From positions 4,194-68,193 of the forward strand of contig JAZDHZ010000036.1 in the NCBI GenBank assembly GCA_043805415.1: a stretch of 64,000 nt of DNA. Direction: 5' to 3'. Positions 51,801-58,243 of this stretch are shown here, in pieces. The DNA comes from Candidatus Omnitrophota bacterium. GTDB lineage: Bacteria > Omnitrophota > Gorgyraeia > B26-G9. Every line of letters starts with the position of its first letter. Positions within the stretch are counted from its first letter, which is position 1. Both the position numbers and the translations under genes were made by a program. The notes below the pieces were generated by a model, which saw nothing but the letters and a program-made list of their open reading frames with translations, was not told the origin of the DNA and did no database searches.

Positions 51801-52640
51801 CCTCGACTCAAGGCCTATGCTATGCGAGCCCGCGCTAAGATTTACCACTGAAGTTATAAATACCGGCTGCCAGTCAGTAGTATCCTGCGCTTCCAGCATA
51901 TAGTGCCGATTTGCCGCATCCGCGTAAGGCTTATACGTACTGTTATCAATATTTATCCTTATTTGCGAAGAGTCTGAGACATTATTAACATCCAGTTCAC
52001 AATACCCCATAATCAGATACTGTCCGGCAGAAGCGGGACTGATACTTAAAGAAGCTCCCAGATTTTCCCAGACCATGCTGGAAGTCATCGCATAACTTGC
52101 CGCGCCGGCATCAGTATCATAAGCATATTGATAACCGGTTTGCGAATTAATCGGGATCGCGATAAGCCGGGAACGCTTTACGCGAGTCGTGGTACCATCA
52201 TCATTGCGGTGGTCAAAATCAACGTACTGCGAACCACTTAAATTTTGCGCCACATAAAATCCGGAAACAGTTGTATAATTAGTTATGTTTACTGTTTCAA
52301 TTTTAACCGCGTCATTAGCTGAATATCCCATCAACTGAATACTGTTATTCAATTGAACCTGCAATTCCACACTATCAGCAGCAGTAGCTCCTTGCCACTC
52401 CAATTCCCACATGATCAGCCAATCAGTATTCGGCTCGGCAGTCCATCCCAAAGTATTATGTTCCGTCCAGGTTGTTGTGCTTGTACTGGTTTGTTCATTG
52501 AGGTTTTCACTGCTATACCATACATCATAAGCTCTAGCAGAGGGAGAAAATGCGCCTATCAGCAAAAAACAAAACAAAATTAAAAAGAGAATTCTGTGGG
52601 ATTTAGCAATCTTAAGTTTTTTAAAAAAATAATTTCTCAT
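39801..52640 (-). CDS. N-terminal ~4280 aa of the giant secreted adhesin. It has a signal peptide, two ~200-aa N-terminal beta-rich domains, three FN3-like modules, ~21 Ig-like 119-aa repeats, and an embedded DUF2341+LamG (MshQ-like) module.
   Basis: The start was set at the second Met (MRNYFFKK...), preceded by GGGGAAGGG. Signal peptide RILFLILFCFLLIGAFSPSARA. The repeats are seen directly. The DUF2341-like segment is WSFHKEITIDRTKV...NFPVLISI...IYMYYGN and the LamG-like segment is ...ISAWFNY...QWHKVDFRRVGTMVYFYVDG. The frame ends at a TAA 37 nt after a C5 tract. Confidence 0.85.
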   Translation of the reverse strand: MRNYFFKKLKIAKSHRILFLILFCFLLIGAFSPSARAYDVWYSSENLNEQTSTSTTTWTEHNTLGWTAEPNTDWLIMWELEWQGATAADSVELQVQLNNSIQLMGYSANDAVKIETVNITNYTTVSGFYVAQNLSGSQYVDFDHRNDDGTTTRVKRSRLIAIPINSQTGYQYAYDTDAGAASYAMTSSMVWENLGASLSISPASAGQYLIMGYCELDVNNVSDSSQIRINIDNSTYKPYADAANRHYMLEAQDTTDWQPVFITSVVNLSAGSHSIGLESRMDDATSGTIRKQRIFAMRLSGIYDFFLDQQYASSQASTASTSNQLLATATIPADTPGEYLIIGQAFGRTSSLSYLQYHEFSHDAADPATDVIQATEYRDYKDLTDYMNANYMAIVNFDANQHEVKAWHRASGGTVYSKDVELFAIRRPADYIKPTVNISVTPNPVGEISSGSLEIKLVFSETMNTGVTPSVTYDPQGDTLAQPCTGGIWSTTSEMNDTYTVYNDNAITAQTGDGPAVVSVSAAQDLAANIMVADGNDTFFIDTTIPINPTLPCSAWDSSSKINPISNDTWQESDNTPYFEWTGATDTGGTGVSGYSVYWGNDANGEPGLTQGQTASNYNVSSGTEDGVYFLRVRTFDVIGNYSEPITLFTFRYDVGAPLNPDIPCAAWQTNLKINPISNNTWQEADDTPYFEWTGANDSGGSGLSGYSVYWGTDINGAPGTNQEQGNANYEVSTPMGDGTYYLRIRTFDNLNHYSTPVTLFTFKYDATAPLNPAIPCNAWDSASKNTLISDNTPQGIDSTPYFEWTGAADGNGQGVSGYSVYWGINPEGNPATVQEQATAQYNVISDANEGTTYYLRVRTFDALGHYSEPAATLFTFIFDSTKPTVSVGVLPDPSGHRAPGELTFTLLFSESMDTGTNPIVTYDPSGATGVQNASLNGYWSTTNNPNDTYTVYNSSAINSATGDGTAAIAISAAKDIAGNIMLNDTNDTFTIDTAIDHFVITHDGSALINTLETITITAKNITNCTVNDFTGQITLSTLNETNQITWTLVSGSGSFVDNGVDNDSATYTFNAADNGVVVLQLTCSAANNLDIEVTDGTHSDDDAEGTLVVSTTALGWFVIEHDNAGVAGVKENVKVTAKDTNGQTKTDYVGTINLDTNGTPTTISWTISTGLGTFSEGGASVDTAQYTFNPNDNGVAIFTIKDTKAETLNILVDDSGIHDNDIEGNLVIAPTALDHFIVGHDAQAIAGIADNVTIIAYDIYNNIKTDYAGTMTVDTNGTATTISWAKISGNGVLTDGDSSVDTATYGFVLSDAGAVVLSITDTKKETIDIDASAEGKTDTDAEGTMVVSAAAIDYFLISHDNAASSGVSEQVTVTAKDIYGNTKSDYSGTITLDTDGTASAISWAKTTGNGIFNDNGESVDTATYAFDSADNGIAVFAITDITAESINISVSGDGKIDNNAEGNLVVGPAIIWSFRVVHDGAGNAGVAETVTITALNSIGQIKTDYTGTITIDTSGTPAAISWAKISGNGTFNDGGTAVDTAVYTFSALDNGVVTLAITDNVVENIDIDISGSGKTDDDSEGLLNIDTALLHHFLIAHDGQAIAGTNENITITAKDTLGQTKTDYTGTIYIDTDGTASTINWTKISGSGTFVDDGSSADTCSYTFSAADNGVVVLAMADTFTETINIAVSGSASDDNSEGLLQVLPGALTKFIISHDNNAFTGQPEHITIAAYDGFNNIKTDYTGSIIVDTTGTATTITWSKYQGAGAFVDGGASVDTATYTYGSADFGVVTLDLTDTTAETINISVSGGGMTDDNTEGNLVITQFLLANWSFHKEITIDRTKVMANLTNFPVLISITDTALRDNARSDGFDIVFTASDGNTKLDHEIESFDKTTGILVAWVKIPSLLSSADTKIYMYYGNSAASDQQNKSGVWDTSYKGVWHLNNDPSATAPQEKDSTSNNNAMTSYGTMTNTDLIDAKIGKGIDFDGSNDYFKKTSPVGVGTPGDYTISAWFNYISSPASYSTIYDHNNYAPQFGFYNQSVAMVYHNGLITSSGTATHNDGQWHKVDFRRVGTMVYFYVDGALHGTGTHSATFPTATSALIGWSNYSTEYWLGKLDEVRYAITARSPEWIATEYNNQNSPTTFISVGLAATATANPVITDTIPVGQTGNLILDVSVTNNEGSTLTINSVTLNNVGTVSDSEISAVKLYYDSNNSLDYTPEVDTQVGNSGFSSGSKIFSGFNIDIPAGATQYLFAVIDLSSACASGKLLDVAIPISGIGFSNGKKLGSAVLNSSGTRQTYIGLDHFLISHDGAAIAGLDENITIIAKDAYGNTKTDYTGTITVDTNGTPESITWSKYAGSGVFNDGGVSLDTAIYTFTQSDAGVVVLNISDEIAEIINISASGDGKSDDNTETDLTVSAGLVNHFIVSHDGSGIAGAGEIISVTVKDSFGNTVNNYSGQITLGTNGSVDDINWTLDSGSGVFFNNGAGAGTAIYTFDPSDTGLARFEIVDNKAETLNIIAVGDGKYDDDSEGDLIIAPGELNHFVISHEGQAIAGNAEAISITALDGFGNIKNNYTGTINLDTTGTATKITWALNTGNGIFTDNGASLDTATYTFNALDNGTAVFNLTDTKTETINISVSAGSVTDDNTEGNLVITSGDIDHFVINHDGIATTDVSEQVMITAYDAYENIKDDYTGVTTLDTTGTVTTISWTLISGEGVFNDAGSSADTATYTFVPADAGIVILSIIDYTAESVNISVSGDGKNDSNNEGDLVFVSSGIDHFLIVHDGNAIAGIGESISIYAKNANGDTLTSYGGQITIDTTGTSGTIAWALQSGNGTFNDSGADADTCSYMYDDSDLGVVVLTITDSSEESVNISVSGEGKSDNNTEGNLVFNPAGLHHFTITHDGNAVAGIADTVTIAAKDANNNTLTAYTGQIDLDTTGTATTISWAKITGNGSFSDGGALADTATYSYVASDNGTCVLSITDTIVESLNISVSGAGKSDDDKEGTLTVGPGAIDYFSINHDGSAVAGIADNITIVAYDSYGNIKTNYTGQISMDTNGTAGTITWAKATGLGTFVDGGASVDTATYTFLAADNGQCILKITDTTAESLNISVTGDGKTDNDSEGNLIVGPTSIDHFVVNHDGNAEAGVAETVTIKAYDSYLNIKDNYTGTITLDTNGTATTITWLKITGNGVFTDNGALVDTATYTYADSDDGIVVLSVSDTKKENIDIDVFGGGKTDNDSEGNLIVGPTSIDHFVIIHDGNAEAGVAENVTVRAYDLYSNIKDNYTGTITLDTNGTATTITWSKITGNGTLADGGALVDTATYTYADSDDGIVVLAITDTKKEVINLAVFGDGKNDTNAEGDIIIGPSLIDHFTIFHDGSAVVNLGESITIYAKDVWENIKDNYTGQITLDTNGTPTAIDWTLTAGVGVFQDGGASLDTALYTFSDADDGMVVLSLNDSTAETINILVSGDGKSDDNTESNLVINPVGGLNTGYLSPTANSGNFTSPANAYANDASRATSYNGQSQQYYNYGVNIPAGSTILGIAVQLDAYASSTTGLTQGLVELSWDGGTSFTTTGKITPDMITSEVTYVLGGPTDVWGRTWTVDNFTNANFRVRINASTPSTTIYLYLDWIPARIYYELPPDAIANAVSTTPIAAGASNVLSLDVTVTNTASQARVINSLVINNTGTLSDTEISSLKLYYDSNNSNDYTTGVDNQVGSGVFNSGTKTFTGLNISVPASGSEDIFVVCALAQTVNDADTLDIQIPVNGISFVYGVQIEDTVLNSAGIIPVSLALDHFVIQHDQSAITGIPEQITLTARDIYGNIKTSYSGTITLDTTGTATAITWAKVTGNGIFTEGGASVDTATYAFSASDNGTAVFSLVDNKAESINISASGDAKTDDNTEGNLVIASGGIDHFLITHDAAAIAGIAENVTVTAKDAFNNTVSNYTGQINLDTNGTAAGISWQLLTGFGIFTDGGQGVDTATYTFNASDNSTATFALTSTTAESLNIAVTGDSKSDDNTEGNLVVSAAVLDHFLLAHDGAAQAGILDTITITAKDQYGNTKKNYTEQITLDTNGTVSTITWAKISGNGTFVDGGLSVDTATYVYSLADDGVVVLSLQDTTLEQLNISVSGSGKTDDDTEGMLNVGPGIIDHFSIVHDGFALQNQPESIIIKAYDAYNNIKTDYTGLITVDTDGTANAINWALSTGNGVFNDGGASVDTATYTFAGADNGQVTLLLTDTVSEIINIAVSGDAKTDDDYEGGFGSSCRGISSF

Positions 52641-52702
52641 TTTACCCTTCCCCACCAACATATTTAAATACTATTTATAATTGATATAAAACACTAAACT
52701 AA

Positions 52703-52722
52703 TCAAGCAATTAATGTGCCAA
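52703..52722 (-). promoter_or_regulatory. Sigma-54 (-24/-12) promoter for the giant gene: TTGGCAC-ATTAA-TTGCT on the minus strand.
   Basis: Reverse complement of 52705-52724 reads TATTGGCACATTAATTGCTT. It has the GG-N10-GC spacing and a near-consensus TGGCAC/TTGC. It lies ~65-80 nt upstream of the MRNYFF start codon (52638-52640). An NtrC-type activator is encoded 1.2 kb upstream. Confidence 0.6.
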
Positions 52723-52883
52723 TATGGATTATAAAAACATGTTTTACCAAACTCATAACATCTTAATTTTAAGCACTTTATGAATAGCGATTTTTAGTAA
52801 ATAATTTACAATTCAAATTAAATTAAATAAGTGTGTAAATATCACCTCATTGTGTATTATTTTACACGCTTAACACAGTAAAA

Positions 52884-52914
52884 CTAACATTTCAAGCAAT
52901 GCTCATTATGTTAT
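52884..52914. promoter_or_regulatory. 29-bp imperfect palindrome TAACATTTCAAGCAATGCTCATTATGTTA (left copy). It overlaps the 3' end of the HUH-HTH gene, ~180-210 nt upstream of the giant-gene sigma-54 -24 element.
   Basis: Outer TAACAT/ATGTTA and inner AGCAATGCT dyad symmetry. A 28/31 match to the copy at 53844-53874. Confidence 0.5.
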
Positions 52915-53801
52915 ATTTGGTTATTATGGCTGGTAGCAGGATTACTGATTAGCTTGCGGGAAATAAGCTGTCGGCTTTTGTGTAACATTTTGGCGATTTC
53001 TGAAATTGTACAGCCGTTAGAAAGTAGCTGCTCCCCTAGATATTTTATAGCCGCTACATCTTCCGGTTGGGTAAAGTGCTTGATTTTTTTAGTTCTTTCT
53101 ATTTCATCACATAGCTTCAAGGTATCTTCATCTACGTTATCTACCTTATTTTTTGACTTCATGTAATATGCAAATTCCAGCCTAAACTTATTTAAGGCAT
53201 TTAAATCCTGAGAGATAGTATTTAGTTGTACATTTATAGCATCGTTTATTAAATTAATATATATTTCTTTTGATTTCTCAGTATTGGCGTTTAACATATT
53301 TAAGATAAAATCGCAATCAACAAAACTTTGCCTGCTAATTCTGTCTACAAATAAATTTAAAGAACTCCACCTGTATTTACCTAATTCCTTTATTAACCTT
53401 GCTTTAAGCGGATTCAAATGAATATACAAAGATATAGCAAGCAAATATTTCTCTTTTAAACATAAACACGCCCTAAAAGGCTTACAAAAAACCGGACCTT
53501 TTCTTGAGTATTTCGCATTAAGATATTTAGCGTATTTTTCAAATAAATATTTTGCTCCCAACGAAAGATTTTCATCTTCTATTTGAACCAATAAATGCAA
53601 ATGATTAGGCATCAAGCAAAATGAGAATATCTTCCAGTTAAATTTCTGCGGAATACTTTTTAACAATGAAAGCATGTAAAGATAATCGCTATCTTCTAGG
53701 AATAGCACCTCTTTCCCCGGCGCCCGGTGAGTAATATGATAAATAGCATTAGGATAGATTATTCTGTCCCTGGACAGCGGAACCCCTTCTATCTTTCTCA
53801 T
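52911..53801 (-). CDS. IS200/RAYT-like HUH (Y1) domain protein with a C-terminal DnaA-domain-IV-like HTH. Possibly a domesticated regulator or a small IS200-like element.
   Basis: YHITHRAPGKEVLF...FCLMPNHLHLLVQIE for the HUH motif, and KYSRKGPVFCKPFRA for the Tyr motif. The C-terminus CTISEIAKMLHKSRQLISRKL is HTH-like. Confidence 0.78.
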   Translation of the reverse strand: MRKIEGVPLSRDRIIYPNAIYHITHRAPGKEVLFLEDSDYLYMLSLLKSIPQKFNWKIFSFCLMPNHLHLLVQIEDENLSLGAKYLFEKYAKYLNAKYSRKGPVFCKPFRACLCLKEKYLLAISLYIHLNPLKARLIKELGKYRWSSLNLFVDRISRQSFVDCDFILNMLNANTEKSKEIYINLINDAINVQLNTISQDLNALNKFRLEFAYYMKSKNKVDNVDEDTLKLCDEIERTKKIKHFTQPEDVAAIKYLGEQLLSNGCTISEIAKMLHKSRQLISRKLISNPATSHNNQI

Positions 53802-53824
53802 TCATCCTCCTTTCTCTCGATATA

Positions 53825-53874
53825 ATTTTAAACTAGATTTCGTAACATTTCAAGCATTGCTCGTTTTGTTACTT
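53825..53874 (-). promoter_or_regulatory. Right copy of the 29-bp palindrome (TAACATTTCAAGCATTGCTCGTTTTGTTA), overlapping a sigma-70-like promoter (-35 TTGAAA, 17-bp spacer, -10 TAAAAT) for the HUH-HTH gene.
   Basis: On the minus strand: ...GAGCAATGCTTGAAATGTTACGAAATCTAGTTTAAAAT... followed by RBS AAAGGAGGA and the ATG. Confidence 0.45.
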
Positions 53875-53882
53875 GTAGGGAA

Positions 53883-55262
53883 TTAGCGGGGTTTTAGCTT
53901 GTGGGTTTTTAATTTCTTGTGCAGGTTCCTTCTGTCCAGGCCTATCTCTTTTGCTGCCCGGCTCACATTTCCTTCATGCCGCATAAGGGCCTCTGTTAAG
54001 AATCTCTGCTCAAAAGCCTCGATCGCCCTTTGCTTTGCTTTTTTAAAATTAAGCGTCCGCGACTTATCTCTTAGCTCAGCAGTCTGAGCAGTTCTCACAA
54101 CCTGCGGCAAATCAGCCAAATCAATCTTATTTTCTGTAGCCATAACCACAGCACGATGCACAATATTTTCTAATTCCCGCACATTGCCAGGCCAGGAATA
54201 ATCCATAAGAATTTTCAGCGCCGCACTGGTCATTCCCTCGACTTTTTTTGCTTCAATCCGGTTATACTTTAAAATAAAATGCTCCACCAGCATGGGAATA
54301 TCTTCCGCTCTATCCATAAGCGGTGGAATCCATAAAGGCACGACATTTAAACGATAGAAAAGATCCTCCCGAAAAGTACCTTTTTTTACCGCGTTTTCAA
54401 TATTTTCATTACTTGCCGCGATTAGCCGCACATCAACTGTCCGATTTAAGGCCTCGCCAACCCGCTTAATCTGCCCGTCCTGAAGAACTCTTAACAGTTT
54501 TGCCTGCACTTCTTTGGAAATATGCCCGATTTCATCCAGGAAAATTGTTCCGCCATCAGCCACTTCAAACAAGCCTTTTTTATCCTGACTTGCTCCGGTA
54601 AAAGCACCCCGGATATGGCCAAATAATTCACTTTCCAGTAAACTTTCAGTTAAAGCCGCGCAATCAACCGGCACAAAACTCTTTTCTTGTCTTGGACTTA
54701 AAGCATGGATTGCCCTGGCAACCAGTTCTTTTCCTGTGCCAGTCTGGCCTTGAATTAAAACCGTGCTTTTCGTGGGAGCTACTTTCTTAATCAATTCAAA
54801 CATTTTAAGCATAAACGCATTTTCCGAAATAATATCAGAAAAAGTATATGTTTTTTTAAGCTCTTGGCGCAAAGCTAAATTTTCCGCTTCCAGCCGCTTC
54901 TTTTCCAAAGCTTTATCTATAACAATCAATATTGCCTCAATCTCAAAAGGCTTTGAAAGATAATCATATGCCCCGGATTTTATTGCCCGGATAGCGTTTT
55001 CCATTGTGCCATATGCTGTCATCATAATAACTATTACCTGGGGAAACTTGGCTTTTATTTTACTTAAAAGCTGCAAACCATCCATACCCGGCATCTTAAA
55101 ATCAATTATTGCCAAATCCGGAACCTGCTTTTCAATTAATTCCAGGGCAACATTGCCATTTTCAGCAGTTGTAACTTTATAACCATTATCAATAAGCAAT
55201 TTATTTAAAAACTGCCTCATGCCTTGCTCATCATCTACAACTAAAATATGCTCTTTTTTCAT
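53883..55262 (-). CDS. Sigma-54-dependent response regulator (NtrC/PilR family: REC + AAA+ + Fis-type HTH).
   Basis: REC domain (DDEQ...D in IIDFKMPGMDG), Walker A GQTGTGKE, GAFTGA motif, ESELFGH, and a C-terminal HTH. Confidence 0.93.
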   Translation of the reverse strand: MKKEHILVVDDEQGMRQFLNKLLIDNGYKVTTAENGNVALELIEKQVPDLAIIDFKMPGMDGLQLLSKIKAKFPQVIVIMMTAYGTMENAIRAIKSGAYDYLSKPFEIEAILIVIDKALEKKRLEAENLALRQELKKTYTFSDIISENAFMLKMFELIKKVAPTKSTVLIQGQTGTGKELVARAIHALSPRQEKSFVPVDCAALTESLLESELFGHIRGAFTGASQDKKGLFEVADGGTIFLDEIGHISKEVQAKLLRVLQDGQIKRVGEALNRTVDVRLIAASNENIENAVKKGTFREDLFYRLNVVPLWIPPLMDRAEDIPMLVEHFILKYNRIEAKKVEGMTSAALKILMDYSWPGNVRELENIVHRAVVMATENKIDLADLPQVVRTAQTAELRDKSRTLNFKKAKQRAIEAFEQRFLTEALMRHEGNVSRAAKEIGLDRRNLHKKLKTHKLKPR

Positions 55263-55271
55263 TATTAATAT

Positions 55272-57227
55272 TTATCCCTTAATTGGTAACAATACTTCTA
55301 CTGAGGTACCTTTACCCCATTGACTTTCAATTTTTATATCTCCTCCATGAGCCTGGACTATGCCATAGCTTAAAGATAATCCCAATCCTGATCCCTTACC
55401 CTGATCTTTTGTGGAAAAGAATGGCTCAAAAATTCTATTTAGATTCTCTTTGGGAATTCCTTCCCCAGTATCTTTAAACAAAACTTTTATTTGATCACCC
55501 GCTCTTTGGGTTGAAATTTTAAGACTGCCGCCTTGCGGCATACTTGCTTCTGCATTCAGAATAATATTTATAAACACCTGCTCAAGATGGATCTGATCAG
55601 CTAAAACACTTGGTAAATTTTCCCCTAGGATTTTAGTAATTTCGATATTTTTATTTAAAATCCGGTTTTGGGTAAAGATTAAAGCATTTTCAATTGCCTG
55701 ATTAATATCCACAAAAACCATCTGCATTTGCTTTTCGCGGGCAAACTGGATTAAACTGTTTACAATATATGAGCAACGTCTTGTATAGCTTTCAATTGTC
55801 TCAAGCAGCTGGATTGATTCCTGAGGATTAGCTAAAGATTTTTTTTCTTTTAATTCTTTTATCAGCATTTGCGCGTGCCCCAAAATTACACCCAAGGGGT
55901 TATTAATTTCATGCGCAATCCCTGCGGATAGCACCCCGAGTGAAGCCATTTTTTCCGATTCAATCAGCATTTGCTGTTTGGCATTAAGATCCTTGGTTAC
56001 TTGTTCAATTTTATCTTGCAAACGCAGATTCCAATCTTCAATTTCTTTTTTAGAACCAGCTAATTCATCGGACATATGATTAAACGCGCGGGTTAAATCA
56101 CCAATCTCATCATTAGAAAAGATCATAACTTTTTTGGAAAAATCTCCCTGAGCAATGGCTTTAGTCATCTTTATAAGCTCATGAATTGGTCCAATAATCG
56201 ACAGCTTGAAAAATATTCCGATTATAAGCACAAACGCGCAAATAATCACAAAACTCATTAGAATAATCGAATTTCTCCGCGCGCGAATCAAGGAAAACAC
56301 TTGCTCTGATGAAATCAAAATCCCTACCGCGCCCAGTGATTTCTTTTGATTGTCTAAACTAATATAAAGCGGACTAATAATCTCCGTTAAATATTCCTTT
56401 TCCCCCACTTTATGCTTTATTACTTTTTCATCTTGCATCACCTTAAGATAAATTGATTTTTCTTGCTCGTTTAGCGCTAAATTACCGCGCCCTTTAGTCG
56501 CGGATATTAAAAACTGCAAATCTTTTAAAAATATTTTTATATCGCGGATTTCTTTATCTTTGAGCATATTACCGATTAAGTCTTCCAAATAAGTAGAATT
56601 TCTTTTAACCTCAGCTAAAACAAGTTCCAAAGATTTTGAAAGTGATGTCGCAAATCTTAAAGCTTCCTCTTTGTAGTAGGCATTGCGATTTTTTCTTAAG
56701 GCTGTAACAATCTCTCCTTTTTGCGAAGGAAACCTTGCTTTCATCTGCATAATCCCCAGCAGCTCATTCTTATTTATATCAGAGGCAAATAAAGGCAGAA
56801 AATGGATAACAATCTCCCGCCCCAACTCAGATTTAACAATAGCTCTTGAGCGCTTAGTTTTAAGCACATCATCAATTATTGATATATACTGAACCTCTGG
56901 CACTGATCCAATTTGATGTTCAGAACTAGCGGCAATAACAACTTTTTCTTGGGCAATAATTACAATTTCTTCAATATCTTCATTGCTCTGAGTTAATTTT
57001 TCTACGTTTTGTTGCAAAGCCTCATAGGCTCGCAAATTACTTCCCAGGATATTATCAAGATGCGCCCCGAGAATAGACGAGAATAACCCAGCCTTATCCA
57101 GGATGCGAGCTTTAAGCTCTTTGGTCTGCATACTGATTAGAAAGGAAAATACTGCGGCAATAATCACCACAATAATAACTATCTGGATTGTAAGTTTTTG
57201 AATCAGCCGATTATTCATAGCCCTCAC
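55272..57227 (-). CDS. Sensor histidine kinase with two TM helices flanking a ~280-aa periplasmic sensor domain, then HAMP, HisKA and HATPase_c domains.
   Basis: H-box HEINNPLGVI. N, D/G boxes (LNAEASMPQGGS, DTGEGIP, GSGLGLS). Confidence 0.9.
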   Translation of the reverse strand: MRAMNNRLIQKLTIQIVIIVVIIAAVFSFLISMQTKELKARILDKAGLFSSILGAHLDNILGSNLRAYEALQQNVEKLTQSNEDIEEIVIIAQEKVVIAASSEHQIGSVPEVQYISIIDDVLKTKRSRAIVKSELGREIVIHFLPLFASDINKNELLGIMQMKARFPSQKGEIVTALRKNRNAYYKEEALRFATSLSKSLELVLAEVKRNSTYLEDLIGNMLKDKEIRDIKIFLKDLQFLISATKGRGNLALNEQEKSIYLKVMQDEKVIKHKVGEKEYLTEIISPLYISLDNQKKSLGAVGILISSEQVFSLIRARRNSIILMSFVIICAFVLIIGIFFKLSIIGPIHELIKMTKAIAQGDFSKKVMIFSNDEIGDLTRAFNHMSDELAGSKKEIEDWNLRLQDKIEQVTKDLNAKQQMLIESEKMASLGVLSAGIAHEINNPLGVILGHAQMLIKELKEKKSLANPQESIQLLETIESYTRRCSYIVNSLIQFAREKQMQMVFVDINQAIENALIFTQNRILNKNIEITKILGENLPSVLADQIHLEQVFINIILNAEASMPQGGSLKISTQRAGDQIKVLFKDTGEGIPKENLNRIFEPFFSTKDQGKGSGLGLSLSYGIVQAHGGDIKIESQWGKGTSVEVLLPIKG

Positions 57228-58239
57228 TTATTAAGAATTGTTTTTGTTTTATTGTCTCATAAACTGCTGCATTAAGGCAAGCAATGCTTGATATCCCAAA
57301 AGCGTCACCGTCTTCAAGATAGGCTAAGCCAGGGCATCTTGTGCAAAAACATGATAGCTTGCAATTATTACATTGCTCAATATTTATTTTTTTTCTCAGC
57401 TTAGTTAAAAATTTCGAATTTGCCCAGATGTCTTTAAAATCAGCTTCAAAAACATTGCCTAATTTTTCCGGAAGCTGAATACAAGGATAAACATCGCCTT
57501 TGGCCGAAATACTGGCCATAACAGTCCCCGCAGGACAAGTAAAATCATCCGCAACTTGATTTTGAAAAACAGCTTTTTGCTTTAATAATGCATCTTGATA
57601 AAAAGCACCCAGCTGCTCCTCAGATAAGCGGTAAATTAAAACATCCTTTGATCCGTCATCTTTAGGCGAAACAATTGGGTCAATAATATAAGGCACCTTA
57701 AGCTCATTTGCCAGTTTAATCACATCTTTATACTCAGCAAAGTTGTCTTTCATTAATGTGCATTTTAAATTAACCGGAATTTGCTCATTTTTTAATAAGC
57801 TTATCGCGTTTATTGATTTAGCAAAAGCTCCTTGGCAGCCAGTAATCTTGTCATGGGTTTTTGCCGACGCGCCTTGAATACTTATCCCTACTTCACTTAG
57901 ATTTAATTTCTGAATAGTCTTAATATTACTCTGATTTATTAAAGTACCATTAGTAAACAGTGATAAGTCAAAGCCGCTTTGGCGCAAATAAAAACATATA
58001 TCAAAAATATCCTGTTTTGTAAAAATCTCACCGCCAGTTAGCGATAAAAACAAAGTCCCTGCCTGCCTTAATTGCCTGGCAATATCCTTAACCTGAGCAA
58101 AACTAAGTTCGGCATTATCTTTAAAATTATAACAGTGACAACAACTAATGTTGCAGCGCCTGGTCAGCTCAAGAACAACACTAATTGGGATTGCTTTTTT
58201 CTTTAAATCTTCTTTTACTTTATCCCAGATAGTTTTCAT
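57211..58239 (-). CDS. Radical SAM/SPASM-domain enzyme (peptide-modifying maturase type).
   Basis: CNISCCHCY (CxxxCxxC) plus the C-terminal SPASM cysteines CPAG...CIQL...CNNCKLSCFCTRCPG. Confidence 0.88.
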   Translation of the reverse strand: MKTIWDKVKEDLKKKAIPISVVLELTRRCNISCCHCYNFKDNAELSFAQVKDIARQLRQAGTLFLSLTGGEIFTKQDIFDICFYLRQSGFDLSLFTNGTLINQSNIKTIQKLNLSEVGISIQGASAKTHDKITGCQGAFAKSINAISLLKNEQIPVNLKCTLMKDNFAEYKDVIKLANELKVPYIIDPIVSPKDDGSKDVLIYRLSEEQLGAFYQDALLKQKAVFQNQVADDFTCPAGTVMASISAKGDVYPCIQLPEKLGNVFEADFKDIWANSKFLTKLRKKINIEQCNNCKLSCFCTRCPGLAYLEDGDAFGISSIACLNAAVYETIKQKQFLISEGYE

Positions 58240-58243
58240 TTAA

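Noticed and set aside
53844-53874. The palindrome after the response-regulator gene, considered as a Rho-independent terminator.
   Set aside because: It has only a 5-bp outer stem with a long interior and no U-tract. It is better explained as a protein-binding dyad or an IS-end-like hairpin.
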